Made by a program: the position numbers and the translations under genes. The notes under the pieces were generated by a model. That model was not told the DNA's origin. It worked only from the letters and a program-made list of their open reading frames with translations, and did no database searches. A DNA stretch of 64,000 bases from Vicugna vicugna (Eukaryota): positions 4,181,111 to 4,245,110 of the forward strand of contig MU058824.1 of assembly GCA_013265495.1 (NCBI GenBank), read 5' to 3'. Below are positions 26,881 to 40,437 of this stretch, in pieces; position 1 is the first letter of the stretch, and every line of letters begins with the position of its first letter.

Positions 26881-28235
26881 AATCAACTGAAATTTACAAT
26901 TTAAGCTATTCCAGATCATAGACAAAGATAGAAATTCTCCAAGTATATTTTATGAAGCTTATATAATCGTAATAATGAAACCTCATAGACAATACAAAAA
27001 ATGAAAACACTGAACTCATTTGCCTCTTGAATACAAATGCAGGTGCTTTAAATAATAAACCATAGCTAGTGTTAGAGTAAAGTAATCTATTAGGATTATT
27101 GAAATGTGATTGTTGGAGTTTATTTTCTGGCAATACAGGATAAGTTCAACATAAGGAAATCTTTCAAATTTTTAATTTCATCAGAAATTGAAAGGGAAAG
27201 TTTTATTTTGCTAATAGGTGCAAAAATAGAAAATTTAGTTATATCTAATAAAAGATCTTAAATAAAATAGAAAAGGGACTTTTATTTTCTAGAGCTGGTA
27301 GGCAAGATTATTCAGAGCATTCCCTTTGATTGAGGACAACTGACTATGCTAGATAAAATATTAACAATATCCTGAAAGCATCAGAAGAGCTTAAAGATCA
27401 GAAGGAATTGCCAGGTCAAAGACTTGTTCATTTATGCAAACTTGAACTTCAATTTTAAGTCTCATCATGAGGCAAAAGAGACAGAAATCAAAGACCACTT
27501 AAGGAGTCCCTCCCTACATAGGTGACTCTTCCTACACATAGTAGGGTGTATCCTCAGGATAAGAGTTACCAGAAGCAAATGTAATTTGCAGCCAAATTCA
27601 CATCAGTCTGTGAAATTAAAGTATTTGGGACTGCAGGGGCTTAGAAAACATAGGTTCTCTTTGGAGGAAGAAATCTTCATTCCAGTTCTCAAAGAATTCC
27701 CTCAGGTAATTTTTCAAGGACAGTGAGCAGTAAACAAAGTTAAACAAGTATGTGAAGAAAGAAGGACTATAAATGAAAGCCAATAGAAATAGATCTACAA
27801 TGAGTTTAGATAGCCCATTCAAAAAACATAATTAAAGATAAAACTTGGAGTGCTTTCCTGCTGATACCTGAAATAAGCCAGGATGATCACTGTCACCATA
27901 TCTATTCAGTATCCTGGAGGCTAAGACAACTGAAAGCAAGAAAAAGAAAGGGTATGAAGAATAAGAAAAGAGCAAGTAACACCATCAATAATTGCAGATG
28001 AAATGATCTTATGGGTAGAAAATCCCAAATTTATTGAGAATTGAACAGATAGGTTACAGGAACAGCTATGCAACAAATCAGTTGTATTTCTTTATACCAG
28101 AATCAAACATAATAAAAATACTTTAAAATATATATATATACACACACTAAACCATCCAGTTTTTCAGAAAAGCTGTGGCATGAGGGGGAGGAGGAGAAAT
28201 GCAAATGGCAACTATAAATTTAAAGAGACATTCTA

Positions 28236-29691
28236 TACTCCCTCACACCCTACACAAAAAAACCTCAAAATGACTTACAGACAAATATAAGACATAATAC
28301 CATAAACTTCCAAAAGAGAACACTGGCAAACCATTCTCTGACATAAGTCATAGCAGCGTTTTCTTGGGTCAGTCTCCCAGCATGATAGAAATAAAAGCAA
28401 AAATAAACAAATGAGATCTAATCAAATTTGTAAGCCTTTGCATAGCAAAGGAAACTATCAAAATGAAAAGACAACCTTCAACTGGGAGAAAATATTTACA
28501 AGCGATATGACTGACAAGGGTTTAATTTCTAAAATATGCAGATAGCTCATACACTGCAACAACAACAAAAAACAATCCAGTTAGAAAATGGGCAGAAGAC
28601 CTGAATAGACTTATCCAAAGAAGACATACAGATGGCCAATAGGCACGTGAAAAAATGCTCAATATCACTGATTATTGGAGAAATGCAAATCAAAACTACA
28701 ATGAGGTATCATCTCACACTGGTCAGAATGGCCATCATCAAAAAGTCCACAGATAATAAATGCTGGAGAGGGTGTGGAGAAAGGAGAACCCTCCTACACT
28801 GTTGATGAGAATGTAGTTTGATGCAGCAACTATGGGAAACAGTATGGAGCTTCCTTAAAAAATTAAAAATAGACTTGCCCTATGATTCAGCAGTCCTACT
28901 TGGGGGCATATATCTGGAGGAAACTCTTAATTTGAAAAGATACATGTACCCCAGTGTTCATAGCAGCACTGTTTACAATAGCCGAGACGCGGGAACAGCC
29001 TAAATTGTCCATTGACAGATGGCTGTATAAAGGAAGTGTGGTATAAGTGGGGGAAGAATATAGCTCAAGTGGTAGAGCACATACTTAGTATGCACAAGGT
29101 CCTGGGTTCAATCCCTGGTACCTTCCTAAAAACAAATAAACCTAATTATCCCTCCACCCCACTACAAAAATAATTAGGTAACACAATAATAAAATTTAAA
29201 AAGAAGATGTGTTTGTGTATATACACACACATATACACAGTGGAATACTACTCAGCCATAAAAAATGAAATAATGCCATTTGCAGCAACATGGATGGACC
29301 TAGAGATTATCATACTAAGTGAAGTAAAAGTCAGGAAGAGAAAGATATCATATCCCTTATATGTGGAATCTAAAATATGATACAAATGAACTTATTTCCA
29401 AACCAGAAGGAGACTCACAGACATAGGAATAAACTTAGGGTTACCAAAGAGGAAAGGAGGGGGAGGAATAAATTAGGAGCTTGAGAAGAGATACAAACTA
29501 CTATATATGAAATAAACAACAAGATCCTGTATAGCATTTGGAACCATATTCAATGTCCTGTAATAAACCATAATAGAAAAGAATATAAAAAAGAATGTGT
29601 GTATATGTATGTATGTATATATATATCTGAATCACTTCGCTGTACACCAGAAACTAATATAATTGTAAATCAACTATATTTCAATTAAAAA
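28236..29691 (+). mobile_element. L1 3' fragment (about 1.3 kb plus nested SINE)
   Basis: ORF2 end (gaaatgcaaatcaaaactacaatgagg...) and 3' UTR; acattcta direct repeat at 28228-28235 and 29692-29699. Confidence 0.92.
29049..29200 (+). mobile_element. tRNA-derived SINE (Vic-1-like) nested in L1
   Basis: Same head and aaataaacctaatta tail; interrupts continuous L1 3' sequence. Confidence 0.85.
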
Positions 29692-30529
29692 ACATTCTAA
29701 TTGCAGTATGTAAGCCATTCTTGGATCCTGATTGATAAAAAGAAAAAAAACTGTTAAATCATTTATGACACAATTGGAATTTTGAACACTCACTTAATAT
29801 TTTATTTCAAAGAACTTTTTCTTAAGGTGTATTGATAATGCCATGGTGGTTATTTTAGGTGTTGTCTTTTAGAAACAGTACTGAAATACTTATTAAGTAA
29901 TAGGTTCCTGGGATTTGCTTCAGCAAAGTACAGGAAAGGGAGAAGTTGATGGGAGTAGATTGGCTATATGGTTTAGTGGTTTTGGAGTCTGGATAATGGA
30001 TATGGGGGTTCATTATACTTAGTGCTGAGCATGTTTGAAATTCTCCAAAATGAATGTGTAAATAAAGTACTACTGAAAAATCAAAATAATATGAAGAAAG
30101 TTAAGAATCTTAACAAAAGATGTTCAAGTCATCTATGTAGTCGATTACAAAACTAAAATAAATACTGATAGATTTGGCTTGAAAGATCCAATTTTGTAAA
30201 AACTCATCAACTGGCATACAGGATATATAAAATTAGTGCATTCCCAAGTAAATTTCCAGTAGGTTTTTGGTGTAGCTTGAGAAGCTGACTTTGCAATTCC
30301 TGTAGCATTTTAAAGGACCTGGAATTATCCAGAGCAGGGAAAAGCAAACTATTATTGGCTGTTTTTGTGGAGTTTTATTGAAATACACCTTTGCTTATTT
30401 ATCTGTAATCTGTGGCTGCTTTGTGCAGGGATCAGGATGGCCCACAAGCTTAAAATAATTACTTTTTTGGTCCTTTACGATACAGTTGGCTGACTAATAC
30501 TCTGGTCTAAAGTCTCTTAAGACCAAGTG

Positions 30530-30713
30530 GTTGGTTCTCAAAGTTATGTCCTGTATCAACTGGTCAACAGCAGCAGTATCACCTAGACATTTACTAAAAA
30601 TGTACTTTCTCAGACTGTTTACTAGACTGACTGAATCAGAAACTAGGTGCACTACCCAGCAACCTGTTTTAACCCAGGTGATTCTAATGCACACCACAAT
30701 TAAAAGAACCACT
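30530..30713. mobile_element. MER5A-like hAT-Charlie MITE
   Basis: tggttctcaaagt...actgaatcagaaact...aggtgattctaatgcac...aagaaccact. Confidence 0.75.
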
Positions 30714-32477
30714 CATGTATAAGCCTAAAGTAGAAAAAGTGGGCAGAGTAGCTCTTCCAATAATTAAGGACTTCGTATAAAGCTTATATGAAGGCATTTA
30801 TGCCAGAGTAATTAAATAGTCTAATGAAACAATATAAAGCCCAGCGATAAACTAACATATTTATGAATACTTCATATGTGTTGTATAACTGCTGATGAGT
30901 TGGGACAAGACAGAATTTTTAATAAATGATGCTGGGACAGTTGGGTATCCAAATGAAAACATGAAACTGGATCCTTTATCTCATACCATTCACGAAAGTC
31001 AATTCCAGGTAGATTAAAGACATAAATGTTAATGACAATAGAAGCTTTTAAGAAAGTAACATGGGAATGACATCATGACCTTAAGTAGGGAGTGCTTTCT
31101 TAAATAAGACATAGGAAAAGCACTTAACTATACCGAGAAATGTTGATAAATTAAACTTAAAACTGTAGGACTCATGTTTACTGTGAGAAATAGACTTAAA
31201 CATATATTTTGGTCACTTAATTTTTGGAAAAGGTGCAAAGGAATTCCAGGAGGGAAAGGAGGGTCTTTTTCATTAATGGTGTGAAAACAACTGGATATTT
31301 ATGTAGGTAAATTTGAACCTTGGCTCCTACTTCATATGTCACACAAAAATAAAGTTAGGTTCTGTGTTCTAAATGTGAAAGGTAAAGAAAATAAAGGAGC
31401 TGTCTTCACAAGGTAGACAAAGATTTCTTAAAGTATTGGCAACTTAATAAACCCACATACTGAATTTCATTAAATAAAAAATTTCTGCTCATCCAAAAGA
31501 CATTATTTAAAAAGCGAAAAAGCAAGTCACTGTCTGGAAGAAAATACTTACAATACTATTTCTGAGAAAGGACTAGAATCCAGAACATTAAAAAAAAAAT
31601 CAGTTTATATTTCCATTGAAGTCAGATATAAGATAGGTGCCTATGAGCATCAGTTTTTGAAGCTTCTTTATAACTAACTCAAAAAGACAAATAATTGTGT
31701 TTAATCTTAGCAGATGTAGTTGTATACATAGAAAAAGGTTCTAATTTTTTAAATTACTAGAATTAATAAGCTGAATGAGGTTGTTAGGTTTGAAATACAT
31801 ACATGAAAAACAGTAACTTTTCATTACCAGGATTTAACCAATTTGACATGGAAATAGAGAACAGTAATGTATCAGCAATATAACAAAACTTACATGTAGT
31901 GTCTTTATGAAGAAAACTAATTTCTTGCAGTTACAGTACTATAGTATTGAATATGTGGTAGCATAATATTCCAATGAAAAGCCTTAATATAAAATTATGT
32001 TCTTTCTAAAATAACACTTAATACAATTAAATTAATACAGATTAGTTTACCAGTGGGTTTTGAAACTGGGTAAAATTATTTGAGTTTATTTACATAAGAA
32101 TAAATATGTGAAAATGGCCCAAAATAAAGTGAAAAGAAAGTATGATAACAAGAATTTGATATTATTATAGTAAGATACTATAATTGAAACTGCATGAATT
32201 TAGCACAAAATAGATCCAGGTATGTTTGGGAAATTATTGAATGGAAATAAGAGGTATTTCAGTTTAGAGGTGTAGAGATGTTTAATAAATGAAACAAGTA
32301 TGATGGAAAAAAAAATTAGAGCCCCACTTCACACTATAAACAGAAACATTTTAGTTGGAGTATAAATTAAATGAAAAAAATAAATGTATTAGAAAGTTTA
32401 GCAGCATATTTGTATAACCTTATCAATAAAAGAAACCCAGAAGCTACATACACTCTGATTACATTCAAACAACATAA

Positions 32478-32640
32478 GGGGGAGGGTATAGCTCAAGTGG
32501 TAGAGTGCATGCTTAGTATGCCCAAGGTCCCAGGTTCAATCCCCAGTATCACCTCTAAAAGTAAATAAATAAGTAAACCTAATTACCTCCCCCTCCAATA
32601 AATAAACAAACAAATTAATTAAAAGTTTATTTTAAAAAGA
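32478..32640 (+). mobile_element. tRNA-derived SINE (Vic-1-like)
   Basis: GGGGGAGGGTATAGCTCAAGTGGTAGAG...GGTTCAATCCCCAG; A-rich tail. Confidence 0.88.
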
Positions 32641-33846
32641 TCATGAAAGATAAAATGTACCATTAAATAAAGGATTTATCAAAAGATAAAACACGAAAAA
32701 TATTTTTGTTACACATATCTCTAAAAAGCCAAACGATAACGTGAATGGAGAACCTAATAGAACATGGGCAGTGAGCAAAAGATATAGATTATTTATAGAA
32801 AAGGAAAATTAGATGGTTAAAAAACATATTAAAAGAGAAATGCAAATTTAAAGCAAACATATTGATAATTTTTTTTTTGGTTTTTTTGTTTTTTCATCCT
32901 TCTAGCAGGTAGTTATATCTACCTTGAGCAGAGATGCTGGGAGTCCTGTTGTTGCTGTTGGGGTGTGATTTAATCCATCCATACTTGCTAGTTTAAAATA
33001 CATTCACCCTTTACCCATGAATCCTTATGAAATAAATGAAACTAATATGTAAAGATATTGTTCAGTGCTGTTTTTTACTGTTGTATTTGTATTGGTGAAA
33101 GAGTGAATGTAACTTGAGTGTCCATTAGGATATGAATAATAGGACTGTGTTAAAGCGATGAGTGTAGTTGAAATATCTGGTTAGTGTCGAAAAGCATGAA
33201 TTCCCTTTAATTCCCTTGAAGAGATAGTACAATATTAATGGAAAAGAGTAAGTTGCAGGGTAATATCTCACTTCTATTAAGAACAAAACCAAACATGACA
33301 ACAGTTCATGGGTATCATGCTTGTATATGTTTATATGCTCATGAAGGAAGATGTGGAAAGACATGTTTTGCCTCAGAATTGGTAGGATGGAAAGAGATCT
33401 GGCCAAGAGAAAAGGAAATTATTTAACTTTTAGAAAATACTAATTACTTTACATTGTTGCACTAGTTGCAATTAAACAAAATTTTTCCCCCTATTGAATG
33501 TGACCAGATTATTAAAAGATAATGTTTCATTTTCCAAATTTCCTCTTTAGAGAAGCTTTCTGCTCTATGGAGCAGGCTAGAAAAGTTAATATGGCAATTC
33601 ATTATTCTCCTGGACTTTTTGAGGGAAGAGTTTAGACCCAACTCAGTAGATATCATATACTACTACTCTTTAAACAGTCGGCTTTCTTATACAAGGACAA
33701 TATTCTGGTTGAAACTGTTGCAGAAGTACATTGTGAAAATCTGTGCAACTAAGGGGACTCAATAAATGCCTAGATTTAAATTTTTAATAGTTGATGTTTT
33801 ATCCAAACAGCTGAAGTTCCAATGTTTTGTTTTTCTCTCCTAATAG

Positions 33847-34155
<309 letters not shown>

Positions 34156-35240
34156 TAATAAAATTGGCTTTAAAACCTGATGTGTTTTTACATTAATTAA
34201 ACATTTTTTAATATCCTGAAGGTCAAAACATGTTCCTTCACATATCAGCACTGTTTATAATTAAACTTTGATAAAGGTTGGCCTTGGAGTGTTAATAGGA
34301 TATTGAACCGGTTAGTAATACAGTCTCAGAAGCTTTAGTGTCAGCAGTAATAGTCTGAGCACTTACTGGGTTTAACAGGCACTCTGAGCACTTGGTCTTA
34401 CTTACTCCTCACTGCAGGAAGCCTGTGATGAAAGTGATGTCCCCGTTTTCTGAATGATGAAATTGAAAGTGACTTAATGCCATAGAGACAATTAGCATAA
34501 GAAAGCAGAGATTCACACCCATTTCTTTATGCCTCTTAAGCTTATGCTTTATTCTTTACCACCCCACCCAGTCCAGCCTCCTTATTTCAAAAAACAGATT
34601 GCTGAGATCCAAAGGATTTAAACTTGTTGAAGGTCAATAATGTCTTCAAATTAATACACTTTGTTAAATCTAAATATAACTCTAATACCCCTGTCTGAAT
34701 TTGAGATTAAAATGAGCACATACATACAAATACCAACACCAATGTAACAGATTAATTTACCCAAGTTTGGCTTCTCAGTAATAAATTATAGAACCAGTGT
34801 GCTAAATTGGCAAACTAAAATGCTGTGAGCCATAGGCATTTAGTTGTGATTTGCTCTTTTAAAATTCCTAGAAGTAAAACCTAGAAGTAAAAAGACGTTC
34901 AAGATTGAAAAGGAGAGCTTCTTGGAAAGTAGTAATATCTGCTGTATTTTAAACCACGTGAGATTCCTCTTTTACGCAGTACTTTCCTCCCGCTTCATAG
35001 GTGTTACAAAGGCTAAAGTAAAAGTTAGGTGTTTAGACTCATTTGTAAGAACTATATAAAAACACAGAAAAATTACTAGTTACCATTATTTTACTAGCAA
35101 AAACACACTAGTATTTCATTGTTAGTATAGGCTTTATAATATTTTGGTATGATTTTGGGAGGGGTATACAATAACATTTCAATCTCACTGTATAGTTTTA
35201 AAATTAATTATATATTTGGAGACTTCTAACAAAAAAATGA

Positions 35241-35489
<249 letters not shown>

Positions 35490-36068
35490 TAGTGGATTAA
35501 GTTGTTACCATTTAAAAGCTATAACTTAGCCATTCTTCTGGTTCTTAAATGAATTAGAGTCCCCACACATACAAATTAATACAGACATTCTCTACCTAGA
35601 ATTATCTTGGCTTCTTAAGTTTTTCTAGTTATTTTGTATGTTACTTAAATTAAATTTTTTTTTCATTTACTGTGCTGAACATCCTTCTATTTGATCTAGT
35701 TTAAATTTTATTCCTTTGTATCTGCAATCCTTTGAGAAGTAAATCTGAAGAAAAATAAAGTTCTTGTTTTTCCTTTTGCATGTTTCTAAAATGGAAAATG
35801 AAAATATTATAAAATTGTTTCTACATGTTAGAATAATATTTTTATTCATATAGGCAAGTAAAGTGAACCTCTGAACCTCAGTTGTTTTTTTCAATATGTC
35901 CTGATGAAAAGTAGATGAGATAGTCTACTAACATAGTTAACTCTGTCCTAGGGCTGGAATATAGCTGAGAGGCATATTATTTCAGGGGGCTGGAGGGGGT
36001 AAGCAGTGTCTAAGGAAGGGCACAGTCCAAGTTGAACATCTGAACCATCAGGCATTAAGGGAGAATAG

Positions 36069-36626
36069 CAGCACTATATACAATAGCCAAAACATGGACG
36101 CAGCCTAAATGTCCATCGACAGATGACTGAATAGAGAAGTTGTGGTATAGTTATACAATGGAATATTATTCAGCCGTAAAAAATAATAAAATAATGCCAT
36201 TTGCAGCAGCATCAATGGACCTGGAGATCATCATTCTAAATGAAGTAAACCAGAAAGAGAAAGAAAAATACCATATGATATCACTCATGTGGAATCCAAA
36301 AAAAAAAAAATAAGAGGACATTAATGAACTCATCTACAAAATAGAAATAGACTCACAGACATAGTAAACAATCTTATAGTTACCAGGGAAAGGGGATGGG
36401 AAGAGATAAATTTGGGAGTTAGAGATTTGCAGATGTTGACCACTAGATATAAAAATAGACAAAGAACAAATTTCTTCTGTGTAGCTCAGGGAACTACTCA
36501 ATATCTTGTAGCAATCTTTAATAAAAAAGAATATGAAAATGAAATGTGTGTGTGTATGCATGACTGGGACATTGTGCTATACACCAGAAATTGATACATT
36601 ATAACTGAGTGTACTTCAGTTTAAAA
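36069..36626 (+). mobile_element. L1 3' end, 5'-truncated
   Basis: L1 ORF2 end and 3' UTR; exact TSD aagggagaatag at 36057-36068 and 36627-36638. Confidence 0.9.
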
Positions 36627-37234
36627 AAGGGAGAATAGGACAAAGAACATATGGAAATGGTTAGAGTGGGGGTGGAGGGGAAATGGTTGGCCCTGTGAAA
36701 GGAACTCTTACTGTTCCTTTCTTACTGAACTAGACTGTTACTCTAACAGAGCCTAACTATCCTTTCCTTAGGATTTATGCACCACGCTTAGTCTCAAGCA
36801 GAGGTGAGAGGTGAGCTTACCTGGCTGCTCTCCTGAAAATTACAGAAGCCAGTTACATGACAAGTTTGGCTATCTGAAAAGTTAAAGCTACTTCTACAAG
36901 AAAATCTTCTATTAGACTCAGGACAGGATTCATGCCAGGATGTTCCTTAGCTTCCAGTACCTGGGAATTCCAAGGGTAAAACTGAATGTAGCCATCACTT
37001 ATCTCTAAATTTGGAATTCTTTAAAAGGTCCAGTCACATAGCCAGATCAGAACTTAGGCTCACTTGTGTTGTCATAGTGTCAGCAGGTGTGATTTCTCTC
37101 AAGTGTACATAAGTTTCCAAATTAAAGTGTTAGCAGTTACTTGAATTTGAATAATGTGTTGCTGTTCTCTAACTGGGAAGAAGTTAGACTAACATTTAAG
37201 AATACATGTTCCCAAGAGAATCAAATTGAATACA

Positions 37235-37685
37235 TCAGCACAAAAATGTGTACACAGATGTTCATAGCAGCATTATTCCTAATAGCCAAAAAGTGGAAAC
37301 GGTCACGATGTCCATTAACTGGTGAATGGATAAATAAAGCATGGTATGTCTGTATAATTGATTAACTATAAAAAGGAATGCAGTACTGATACACAGACTT
37401 ACAAGATGGATGAACCTTGGAAACATGCTAAATAAAAAAAAGTCAGATATAAGGACCACGTATTACATGATTCCATATACATGAAATGTTCAGAATAAGA
37501 AAATCTATAGAAATGGAAGCTAGATTAGTGGTTGTCCAGGGCTTGGGGAAAACAAGGGGATATTATTAGATAGTGATGGTTGCCCAACTCTTGTGAATGT
37601 ACTAAAGTGAAAATCCCATTGAATTGTATCACTTAACAAGGTGGATTTTATAGTAAGTGAATTATATCTCAAGATACTTTTTAAA
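37235..37685 (+). mobile_element. Old L1MB-like 3' end
   Basis: atgttcatagcagcattattc...gatgaaccttggaaacatgctaa...gaattatatctcaa. Confidence 0.75.
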
Positions 37686-38363
37686 CTACAAAAGACAGCA
37701 TGTGCTAGGTGCTTTGCATAGCATTGTGTGCTTTTTGTATATCGTCTCAGTGTTCACAACACACTTTTGAAGTAGTCTATGACCATGTCAGTTCTATAGA
37801 TGACAAAATTGAAGTTCAGATTAAGTAGTTTGTATAAAAGCCACATGGCTCATGAGTGGCAACACCAAGCACCTGTCTAGTGCCAAAACCCACAAGGTTC
37901 TCCTACAGCATACTGCCTGCTGTGTCCTATCCCCTTTAGCCCTAGTTCTGATTTGTAATACATACCATGTTTTATTTCATCTGTTAAAGTGTCTGAAAAT
38001 CCTGTCAGTGCCATGACTAACAAAAGTTTTTACTTTCATGTAATTGGCTTATTACTACATGATTTTTTTTGTCTTTCCTCCTCTCATTTTAAGAGAAGTT
38101 CAAATAGTAAAAGAAATGTATCCTTTAGTGGATAGTGGAAATGTTTAATAACATGTTTCAGAGACTTTCTTATTGAAGTTCAATTAAAGGCAGTAAGATT
38201 TTACTATAGGGTGTATGTCCATGTGTGTGAATTTAGATTGATGTGAACATCAAGAAGTACATGACCTTAAAGACTTCTTTGTGGTTTTTTAAATTTTTAT
38301 TGTTATAAAACACAGTTTGTCTAAACACTGGAAGTATATTAGTTTGCTTTTTCTCCCCCTCAG

Positions 38364-38525
38364 CCTCTGCAAAGGATAGAAAATGAAGTGGAACTCTTAG
38401 GAGAACATCTTCCAGTGGGAGGTTTTACTTACCCTCCATCAGCCCATCCTCCAACATTACCTCCATCAGCTCCTTTGCAGTTCTTAACACATGATCCTTT
38501 GCATCAGGAAGTTTCCTTCGGAGTA
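38364..38525 (+). CDS. RNF38: RNF38 coding exon 7 (162 nt; PLQRIENEVEL...QEVSFGV)
   Basis: ttctcccctcag-type acceptor ending 38363; GTA|gtaagt donor; in frame. Confidence 0.97.
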
Positions 38526-38633
38526 GTAAGTTTTCATTCATTGTTACTAGTTTATTACTTGCCTCGATAACTTACTATTTTGAGTCCTGTTTCAATATAA
38601 CTCTACGTGTTTAGAATTTTAAATGTATTCTTG

Positions 38634-38761
38634 GGGGGGTAATGTATAGCTCAGTGGTAAAGTGCATGCCTAACATGCACAAGGTCCTGGGTTCAATCCC
38701 CAGTACCTCCATTAAAAATAAATAAATAATACCTCCTCCCCCAAAATAAAAAAAATAATAA
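38634..38761 (+). mobile_element. tRNA-derived SINE (Vic-1-like) in the 440-nt intron 7
   Basis: A/B boxes; exact TSD ttaaatgtattcttg at 38619-38633 and 38762-38776. Confidence 0.9.
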
Positions 38762-38965
38762 TTAAATGTATTCTTGCAGTCAGTTGGAAAACTGTATTTA
38801 GAAATCTAAGTGTTTTAAACTGTTGTGTTTAACATTTAAGAAATATTAAATACTACTTGAATAGTAAGTATCTAGGTTTTTAAAAAAAGAAGAGACTTTT
38901 TTCAACAACTTAAATGTTGTGAAGGTAAAATAATCTTAAATTGTTTGAACATTTTTCCTCTACAG

Positions 38966-39072
38966 CCTTATCCTCCATTTATGCCTCGGAGGCTCACAGG
39001 ACGTAGTAGATATCGATCCCAGCAGCCAATACCACCTCCCCCTTACCATCCCAGCTTACTACCATATGTGTT
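38966..39072 (+). CDS. RNF38: RNF38 coding exon 8 (107 nt; PYPPFMPRRLTGRSRY...LLPYV)
   Basis: tttttcctctacag acceptor; TT|gtaagt donor; found by reading, absent from the ORF track. Confidence 0.96.
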
Positions 39073-39444
39073 GTAAGTTCTGTCTTTCATATTTTAATGA
39101 GTTCTGAATTTTGGCTCCCTTGAGATTCTCTTTCCTTTATGAACATTTCTATGTGATATATAATTTAGAGTGTGTTAGATGTTTGTTTGTATTTTATGTT
39201 AAAGGTTTGGGGTGGGGGACTGTTTAAGGGTGAAAGAAAGAGAAGAACGAGAACAAAGGAGACATGTGGGGAGACAAAATTGTGAGCTGGAAGATAGGTT
39301 TAACAAATCAAAAGGTAGAAAAGTTTAAAATTTTGCCTCTTTTACAGCTGACATTACTTGCCACCCTCTGATTATCTAGCATTTGATGCTGCTGCTTCTC
39401 AAAAGAAGAGAGAAAGAAAAGTTATTTCTGTGCCTTAGAAATAC

Positions 39445-39840
39445 TGTTAGGATTAAGTTTGTAACAAAAACACCCATGGGTTAAATATGATAGTTCTTTA
39501 TTTCTTTCTCATGTGATAGAGTCTAGAAGTAAGCAATTCAAGGATGGTTTGTTACCTCTGTAACTGAGGAATGGTTCTACCATCCTCATAATTTTATAAC
39601 TTCCTCCTCATGATCTAAGATGGCTCCTTGGGTGCTAGCCATCACGTCCACATTCCAGCTAACAAAAATGAAAATGGATCTCTCTGCCTACCTGCTTCCT
39701 CTCAAGGATACTTCCTAGAATTTGCATGTATTACTCCTGCCTACATTCCACTGACCAGAATTTAGTCTCATGTCTATAAAATAACTACCTTTTAGGAAGG
39801 CTAGGGAACATTGTCTTTATTCCAGAGGGCCATGTGCCTA
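39445..39840. mobile_element. ERVL-MaLR LTR (MLT1J-like)
   Basis: aagatggctcc...ccatcacgtccacattccag...cattccactgaccagaatttagtc; diverged. Confidence 0.6.
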
Positions 39841-40352
39841 TATCACACTGTTTTGATAATTATAGCTATATTAGAAACCTTAAAATTAGATGGTATAAGT
39901 TTCCCAACTTTGTTCTTAAAATGATTTTATTTCCATATAAATTTCAAAATCAGCGAGTCACTTTCTACTAAAAAAATAGCTTGCTGGGATTTTGGTAAGG
40001 ATTATATGAAATCTGTAGATGAGTTTTGGAAGAGAGTTGACATTTTTAACAATATTGAATCTTCTAGTCTACTTACACAGTGTATTTTTCTATTTATTCA
40101 TCTTTTAAAATTTATCCTGGCAGTATTTTTACAGTTTTCATTATACAAGTCTTGCACCTGTTCTGTTAAACTCATCCCTGATGTTTCATGGTTTTTTATA
40201 CTGTTGTCAGGTTTTTACTAGTGAAGTCAGTTTCTTTAGAGGGTTGTCACTGATCAGCATTGACCATTCTTTATCATGGTAGCACTGGCCTTGTTCTTCT
40301 CCTGTTCATTGAAGTAATGTATTAACACTTGTGTTGGTTATTTTCACTGCAG

Positions 40353-40437
40353 ATCAATGCTTCCAGTGCCACCTGCAGTGGGCCCAACTTTCAGCTTTGA
40401 ATTGGATGTGGAAGATGGAGAAGTAGAAAATTACGAG
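40353..40437 (+). CDS. RNF38: RNF38 coding exon 9 (85 nt; SMLPVPPAVGPTFSFELDVEDGEVENYE)
   Basis: cactgcag acceptor; GAG|gttagt donor; phase complements exon 8 (107+85=192). Confidence 0.96.

Noticed and set aside
32478..32560. tRNA-like sequences with A and B boxes (also at 2028, 7195, 10517, 20625, 29049, 38634)
   Set aside because: They are diverged from one another and carry A-rich tails and, in most copies, TSDs; SINE heads rather than tRNA genes
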